Source of the DNA: Klebsormidium nitens | Taxonomy: Eukaryota; Plantae; Klebsormidiophyceae | NCBI GenBank assembly: GCA_000708835.1 | Contig: DF237430.1 | Coordinates: 1-64,000 of the forward strand | Direction: 5' to 3' | Length of the DNA: 64,000 nucleotides | In this document: one piece after another, positions 50,465-64,000 of the stretch | Layout: each line of letters opens with the position of its first letter | How positions within the stretch are numbered: the stretch's first letter is position 1 | Notes under the pieces: model-generated | Database searches by the model: none | Seen by the model: the letters and a program-made list of their open reading frames with translations, nothing else | What the model was told of the DNA's origin: nothing | Made by a program: the position numbers and the translations under genes

Positions 50465-50912
50465 AGAAAAAGTTGCCCACCATCATCTCGCTCATGCATG
50501 TGGCGAAGTCCTCCGAAGCCAGCTGGGCCCTGCAGACTGGCTGGTCAGTGGTGTGGGGCCTGGGCCAACTTGTTGGCATCTTTCATTGTTCAGGCTTGAC
50601 CTGCGTCAGAGGCTCTCAGAGCTTCGCCGGACTGGTGGGGTACTTTTTGGTGCTGAAGCTTTAGCAATCTAAGGAGGACGCATTTTGAGTGCTTCACACA
50701 CCCTTTAGTGCTCGGGAAACCTGCTGGATTGGAGTTGCGCATTTGATCGGAATCAAAACTGTCGCATTACCCGCAGGAGCAGTTCCTGCCGATGTTAAGA
50801 GCTGTTACTTGCATCCGAAACTGAGGGCACCTTGTTGGCCGGCTACAAGAAGCAACAAAACCCGTTAAGAGGACTCACCGTAAAAAGCCCCTCGCAAACT
50901 TTCAAAAGCAAG

Positions 50913-56905
<5,993 letters not shown>

Positions 56906-57861
56906 TAGATGGCGGGTTAATCTATATGGATGCCAGAGGATCGTGTAAATCGGTTTGTGTACCAGGAGGCAAACCCTATAGGAAAGGATGGGGCTGATCT
57001 ATTGCGTCAGGTCTTTGCACGAGGGAGCATTTTTATTGCATGATTGAGTATGATACGAATCAAACTGTGCAATGCCTTCTTGCAAACAGTCAGTGGGAAA
57101 GAGGTGCGCTCTATTCCGACCTGCAATGAGGCTGTGGGCCGAAATGTGTATCAATCACGTTAAATTGGACCGATCAAAACAAAGTTGCCATACTTCTTTG
57201 TGGAGCCGTCTTGTACGTGTGGAGGAATAGTTCAAACGTCATCGAGTGTTTGTCGATTCTGAGGTCGTAAACGTACGACTCTCGCACGTGTGGCCCAACC
57301 ATGTTCCAAGCAGGCCGGATCTTTCCTTTTCATGCGGTGTAAGTTGGACGAATGTATATATGCGTGTGCCCGACATGCCAGGGGTCTCCATGCTTGTCAG
57401 AGCATCAACTTAATTATGTTGGCGAATATGTGGACACGCTTAACTGTAATAATAGGGTGCTCAACATTGAGAAGCACCATGCACCCTTAGCGAAGGCTGT
57501 CGAGGGCCGTGCCAGCACTGCACCATCATATGGCGACTGGCCCGTTCAATACGGTCACAAACTACGCAGATTTCGCTTTCGAAAACTCGAGCTACTCATA
57601 ATAATCAACCTGCGAAACATAAGGATGCCAGTCAGGCTCCTTGTCCTACGTCAGTTTCAAAGAAAAGGGGCCAAGGAAAGTGCATTCGGAAGGGGGTTTT
57701 GAGCTAGGGGGTACTCGACGGACTCAGATCAGGGCTAGGTCAAATCGAAAATCAGAGCATGCCTGACAGCAACTCAACAATTTGCTACTGTACAAGGATC
57801 GCAGGATCATCCATTTGGGCTGTACAGAGATATACCTACTACCAATCCCTATGCTAGAAAG

Positions 57862-59698
57862 CTAAGCGAGCTGTTCTTGAGCATCCTTACTTGAGACTCC
57901 GAGCCTGGCCTTTGCTTTGCTTGCCTCCGCTTCCCAATCTAGCCTGCTTGCCAAAAGGGAGTAAACGGAGAGGCAACTCAAAAGTGCAAGCGTCAATCCT
58001 AACCAAAGCCCCTTCGCACCAAGCTCATAATGGAACGCTAATATCACCATTGCTGGAATTCCAACAACATAGTAGCTGAATAAGTTACAGACTGCGCCTA
58101 TCTTCTGCTTTCCAGACCCTCTAAGGACACCGGCCATTGTGAACTGCACGGTGTCAGCAGCCGCGGCAACGCACAGAATAGGCACAAGCTGGGCTGTTAG
58201 ATCTATGATGGCTTTGCTATCCGTAAAGAGCCGCCCAATGACATTTCTAGACAGAAATAGAATTAAGGACACGGTCGCTCCCGACAGCAGAGCCATGGTT
58301 AGCGAAGCGATCGCAGCCAGGCGAGCCCGCTCCGGACAGTTGGCACCCAACTCGTTTGACACCCGTACGGATATGGCTACACTCCAACCGGAGCCGAAGG
58401 TGAAGGCTAGCATCATCAAGTTGAGGGCGATGTTGACGGTGGACAGCTGTACTTTGGGGTTGGGTAGCAGGCCCGCCAGGAAGAGCGAGAGCTCATAGGA
58501 CCACATCTCGAGGCACACCATCACCATCGACGGGATGGCCAGCGACAGGTGGAGGCCCAGGCCCGAGAACGTCGCCCTCCAGGACCAGCTGGTCCACGTG
58601 GTCTCGCGGACCTTGGAACACAGGATGTACCCCAGAAGAAGCGCGAGATAGAACACCTGGGTAACCGAAAAGGCGTAGGAGATCCCAGCCAGCCCGTATC
58701 CCAGCTGAAACGCTAGCACATAGTTTGCGATCAGATGCACCACGACTGCGATGGCTGCGCACCCTGCCACTGGTTGCACCAACCGCTGCGCTGCGAGGTA
58801 GCGCACCAGGGGCACCCGCCAAGCGCTGCCCAGCAGGCCGGGGAACAGGCCAACCAGGAATCGCGCAGTTGAGGCGGCAATGTCTGCTTCCTGTCCCAGC
58901 GCCAAGAGGACTCTCTCTGAGTTCCACCAGAGGACCCCTATGGGGATACACGCCACTGTGTTCAAAAGCAGGGCCCTTTGCACAATCTCCCCGAGCTTGC
59001 GATACTGCTTGGCCCCAAACGCTTGCCCCGCTAGTGTATCCACCGCCCCCGCCAACCCAGAGAGAAGCCAAAAGCCAGTGGCCCCATAAACACTAGTCCC
59101 GAGAGAAGCTGTTGCTAGCGCCTCTTCTCCGATGTGACCCGCAAAGATGCTCGTGAGCGTGGTGAGAAGAACCTGTCGCACGGTGACACGGAGTGAGTGT
59201 TTGCTTGATCAGAGTCAGATCAAAAGAGGAAGTACAAGGATCTAATACCAGGCATGATGGGACTTCTGAAAAGGAAGATCTCAAATGAAATGCGCATAGG
59301 TGAGACGTTGACCTTCGGGTGGCAATCCAGCTGTCATGGAATTGGCTTCTCCAACTCATAGCGAAAGCCTTCACTGCCCAAAGCCTCCTTTCGAGACTAG
59401 CATATCAAAAGAGCGCTTGTACAAATTATCGTGCACCTCATCTGCAAACAATCCGTAACACTAACCGCAAAATCTTAATCACAGTGCATACCTGCAGGAA
59501 GACAGTGATCAGCACCGGCAGCGCCAAAGACCATTGGCGCCCCAACTCCCCTGCTATCTGATGCCCTGTTGGGAAGCTCGTCAAGGAAGGGGGCACCTCC
59601 ACTGCATGCAGTCCAACCTCAGCATCAGCTCCGCTTGCCTCAAGGTCCCTCTCGCTCCGTGGCAAAAGCGGCTCAGCAATGTCCTCCGAAGAACCCAT
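57862..59698 (-). CDS. MATE (DTX) efflux transporter, 505 aa, only 2 exons (59492-59698, 57862-59172)
   Basis: GFWLLSGLAGAVDTLAGQAFGAKQY, LAIPSMVMVCLEMWSYE, SVRVSNELGA, GVLRGSGKQKIGAVCNLFSYYVVGIP; N-terminal EPLL dileucine-type motif; single GT-AG intron 59173-59491. Confidence 0.95.
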
Positions 59699-60119
59699 GC
59701 CTCAATCTATGCTCTTAATACACAGCAGAGACCCAATCAGGCCAGCACAATTTCGCAAGGCACGATCAGGCTCTGCCATTCGTGAGAGACTGGGGTTGTG
59801 AGGCGCTAGGACCTCCTACCACCATCCCATCAAGCCGCCATCGCGGCTACCTTGCAGGTGTGCCACGCAATGCCAACTAACATTGAATACAGATCTAGCT
59901 ACTGCTGTCGTTCGAGCGAACCCTTAGAGGTTCGTAGGCTCAGACCTCCTACAGACACGGACTGGATTACTTTTAAAGGTGCAGCGACAGCTCTAGAGTT
60001 TATCAGTGCTGGAATGAGTTGGACTCGGAGGCATCATGGCGGAGTGCGGGGCGGCTGCCTGAGGCTGTGGCCTCAAGGAGGCTCAAGGTGCAGGGAGGCT
60101 GGGTTGGAGAGGCGGCAGG

Positions 60120-61275
60120 ATGGCTGCTAGGAGTGCCTTGAGAGGACGTCCTCTCCTTGGAATTGGGGCAGTTTATGCGGTAGGTGAGGTCGAAGACCAA
60201 TAGCTCAATTGCTTGCACGGATGATCACGTAGATTACATCAGAGAAGTTGTTTTGTATCTTTTAACCCATCACCTGCAGCAGCGTTGAGCAAGTGGACTC
60301 CTGTGCCACGTAGTGGGTGTCCCGGATTCAGATTGCAAAAGTCTCCTTCGTTTGATGGTGGTGGTGATAAGTCAACGTGTGAACTTGCCGTTGCCCGCTC
60401 TCTAATGGGGCGACATCTGGAGTTCAATCAGCAAAGAGTCAAGAAGAATCTCGTCAATTGACTTTTTGAACCTGATTTCGTCTTCGTAGGGATAAATGCC
60501 GGTGCAGCCGCCACATTCTGGTACGATAAAGAATGTGCCAAGCGGAAACAATGGAGAGTCAGTGAGAATGCACTGTGTCTGACGGCAGCTCTTGGTGGCT
60601 GGATTGGTGGTATGTAAGTATCACTGAAGGCGTTCTCTGAAAGCAGCATACACTGTCTATTTCTTATGGTCCCATGGTCGAATGATAATCAGACTAATGA
60701 TCTCTAATGATCCTCAATACTGCTTGCTCGAACGCAATGACATCAGCAACTTTGCCCAAATGTTGAGCACTGTCTCTTGGAATAAGGGCCCAGCTGACCT
60801 TGCTTCTTCTAGTGCCATGGACTGGCTTGCGGTGATCTGGCCTCTTTATCTATTACAGTACTCTGACTTCTCAGTGATTGGTGGCAGTCTTGATGTTGCT
60901 TGTTTGAGACACTGCATTGTTGAGCATTGCAGGTGGGCTATGCAACAGTTTCGTCACAAAACGCAAAAGAAAAGTTTCCAGGAGGTGAGCTGCTCATGTA
61001 TTGGGACTAATGTTTAAGGCTTTTCAATCCTGTACTTTCCTGGCTCTGAGGAGCTTTCCTGGCATGCATATGTGAATTCAATGGGGATGCCAGTTCATGT
61101 TCTAGACTGAGACTCAACAGGGACTCAACACAGCGAGTACCACAATTTAGCTTCTAAGCTGCTGATTGTTTTGCAGAAATATTACGCATCAGTAGCAGGC
61201 AATGTAGCTGCCCTGACGCTGGGATCTAGAACTGTCTATGGGAAACGACTCTTGGCTACTCTCCTAAAGCGGTAG
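60120..61275 (+). CDS. Small DUF1294 (YsdA-like) membrane protein, 4 exons (60120-60183, 60490-60613, 60933-60984, 61177-61275)
   Basis: Spliced product MAARSALRGRPLLGIGAVYAVGINAGAAATFWYDKECAKRKQWRVSENALCLTAALGGWIGGMWAMQQFRHKTQKKSFQEKYY... contains the DUF1294 pattern DK..A....WRVSE..L...GGW.G...AM..FRHKT.K..F. Confidence 0.8.
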
Positions 61276-62117
61276 CAGTCAGGTTTGGATTTGTGGCAAG
61301 GCGCCCAAAAGTTTGAGTTCATCAAGGCTTGTGTATACGGAGACAAGTTAGTCAACTTGATAGTCCTTTCTGGTCACCCATTTCCCTGGACCAATGACCA
61401 TCAGCCCGAATTTTCGACGTCAGTGTTGGTTAAGCAGACCGTCTTGCCTCAATAGTCCAGCTCTAGGTCAAAGCAGTTCCTGACATCAGCTACATACAGC
61501 GCGCGATTCGGCGGACGGCATGTATAGTTTTCCAGAGATAACTTCGAACTAGTCACCGTGCAAGTCATCCCCTCACTATCGTGACAGTTTCATCGGGTCT
61601 GCTCCCATGTGATACTAAATACACGGTCGACGTCTGTCATGCATTGAGAAGCATGGCCGGATGGTCGCTTGCTCAGATTTTAACGCCCGTGCACTAAATG
61701 GACAAGATCGATATGTTGGACACTGCATGTGCGCGGTATGGATATGCCGGATCATGTGACTCTGAGCAGATTGCTAGCTACCTCTTCGCATGGTGGTATC
61801 TTATGTTCACATTGCATCCCTGGGTCGATGTCCTGACCCGCAACAAATAAGTTTGGGCCACGGGGGCCGGCATCCCATGCCTTATGTACTCCTGAATGAT
61901 GGCATAGAAACTGCTGGCAACAAGACACCGATGCCTAGGCCACCCTGCATACGTGGGACTGTCTCTTATAGAAACCATGCCAAGAATGCAATCTTGGTCG
62001 AGGCTGTGCTCCCGCTCCCCAAAACATATGGAAGATGATGACCTCGTTACCTCAATCAAACACGGGCAGTGTGAGTATCTCTCCGTACAGTCATGTTTGG
62101 GCGGTGTAGCGATTCAA

Positions 62118-64000
62118 TCAACCCCTCAAATATTTCTCTAGCTTCTCCACCTCTTCTTGGCTTCCAACATAGAGGGGAACTCGTTGATGTACCTGCAAGG
62201 TTACAATGGGAGCGGGGTTATTCGTCAACAGTCGATTGTCAGGGCAGCTTCTTTTCTTCATCTTTGCTGCACCAACATGACAGACTAGCTATTCCAGGAA
62301 GTCTCCGTAGAAGCACAGACTCAGACATTTGAAAGTTCTGGCACGGCAATCCGCAGTATACTATGGACGAAAATATCAATCCTTTTGAGGCCTGAAATGT
62401 CCGAAAAGTTTGTTTCATCTGCGGAGCTTACGATCTTGGCCTGAACAAGTCCACATCAACCAACAATCACCAGTCACGGTGTGGATGATCATAGCATGGC
62501 CCTTTCTCCTGCTCGTTGACATTCCCTGATCTTCCACTGTGATCAGAGTAGCACTATCTGGCATGCCCGCACATGAAGGAGAAATCGCCGTCGCTTGACA
62601 TTTTGTAATGTCCTCTGAGTGTGTGGCATGTGAAGGAGCAAGATGCAAGTTCCTTATCAGTTTATCTTTATGCACTCAGAGAGGCAACATATATGCTTCC
62701 TTAACCGTGGCAAGCTCTTGCACAGGAGGCGCATTACGGCCCACTCACCTTGTCGGGGTGGATGTCCAATACGCGCTGGGTGCCGTCTGACCCCTTGCCG
62801 CCGGCCTGCTCTGCCAGGAAGCTCATGGGCGCGCACTCATACAACAACCGCAGCTTGCCGGTAGGGCTCTTCTTGTCAGCCGGGTAGCCATAGATGCCTC
62901 CGTACAGCATGGTTCTGTGGAAGTCACCCACAAGACTCCCGATGTAGCGAGCAGAGTACGGCTTGGGGTCGGGCTGCTTCAGGGAATCCATATAGCTGCA
63001 GTAACCCAAAAATATTGTCTGCAAATGATTGGTGCAGGTGAAACCAGAACGGCTCAAGAAGTCAAGCTTCGCTTCCAGCTGGCCCCATCCATAGTCAAAT
63101 CATATACTGGCGTTGCTAACAATGTTTGAGGTCGAGCGTCGCAATTGGGTGTTTTTGAGGTGATCAAAACTCAGCATCCTACTTTGGAAAGGGTCAGACC
63201 TCCGACCGTTGAGTTGAAGTTACATCCGTTCTTCAGTCATCAGACGAGCACCTTTGAAACTCACCTCTTGAGCTTGTCGTCCCACAGCTGGTAGTTGCCC
63301 TCGTTGAAGGAGTAGATTTTGCCCGACTTGGGAATCTGAATCTTGTCGTGTGTCAACACAAACTCGCCGATCAGGGGGTCCAGCGTAAAGCCATAGACAC
63401 CAGTGCCCACGGACAACACGAAAATAACAGAGCTGGAGTACATGCAGTATCCGGACGAAAGAAGATTCTCGCCGGGCTGGCACACCGCTGTCACGCACTT
63501 CGCCTCCTGGGCGGTCAACTGCAGAGGAGAGGCAGGGCGCTCAGAGCTCCAAAATCCAAGACGTGGCTTTTTTAACATTGAAGCTTCCTGCACCAGTGCC
63601 ACATTTGAACTGATAAATTAGGCATACGCTCAAGTGGCCACCGAAACCCTCGCCTGCATAAAAGATGAAGTGCTCCTCATAAATTGTTTGTGTTTCTCCA
63701 TGAGAGCGGTGAATCGCAAGTCCCAGGAGGTTCAAAGTGTAGTTGAACCTGTAGACGACTTGGCGTTCCGAACTAATCTTTGATCTCTTTGCAATCTTCA
63801 CCATCTCAATTGCGGCCCACATTGTAAAAGCATACGGTGTGTCCCTGGTCAGCCCAACTCACCTCGTCCTCCTCAAAGTTGATCATACAGTTCTCGTCGG
63901 GCTTGTAAATTCCAAAGATGGAACCGGTGGAGACTGCGGCGTCGATGTTGGAGGAACCGTCCAGAGGGTCAAAGACTACCGTGTAGTGGCCTGAGTAGCT
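62118..64000 (-). CDS. FBP: Chloroplast fructose-1,6-bisphosphatase (5' part outside the window)
   Basis: [103 protein letters not shown]; plastid-type insertion carrying three regulatory Cys. Confidence 0.96.

Noticed and set aside
58493-59096. Alternative-frame ORFs (192 aa -, 123 aa +) over the second MATE
   Set aside because: Overlap a clear MATE reading frame; compositional artefacts

Overview
Eukaryotic, intron-rich, gene-dense nuclear DNA from a photosynthetic organism. It encodes a plastid-type redox-regulated FBPase, plant-type MATEs and plastid-type ABC-F/flavin oxidoreductase, with GC3-rich exons and mostly 100-450 nt GT-AG introns. A streptophyte green alga such as Klebsormidium is my best guess (inference, not verified). 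I could reconstruct 12 protein-coding genes by hand-splicing: TFB5, a cis-prenyltransferase, a cyclic-nucleotide-dependent AGC kinase, a voltage-sensor/class III adenylyl cyclase fusion, a Patched-related sterol-sensing transporter, an ABC-F ATPase, a flavin amine-oxidoreductase, two MATEs, MCM7, a DUF1294 protein and a 5'-truncated chloroplast FBPase. Three non-autonomous TIR elements (MITEs) are also visible. The best candidate for an undescribed system is a head-to-head pair. On + is an ion-channel-like (S4 voltage sensor) adenylyl cyclase of the ciliate/apicomplexan ACalpha type. On - is a single-chain two-CNB kinase with PKG architecture but PKA-like signatures (cAMP-type PRAAT in CNB-A, C-terminal FxxF). 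Together they could form a membrane-potential -> cAMP -> kinase module in a plant-lineage genome. Second is a possible bicistronic TFB5-cis-prenyltransferase locus. No rRNA, tRNA or CRISPR array was recognised. Gene boundaries come from manual splice reading, and several start codons are uncertain.
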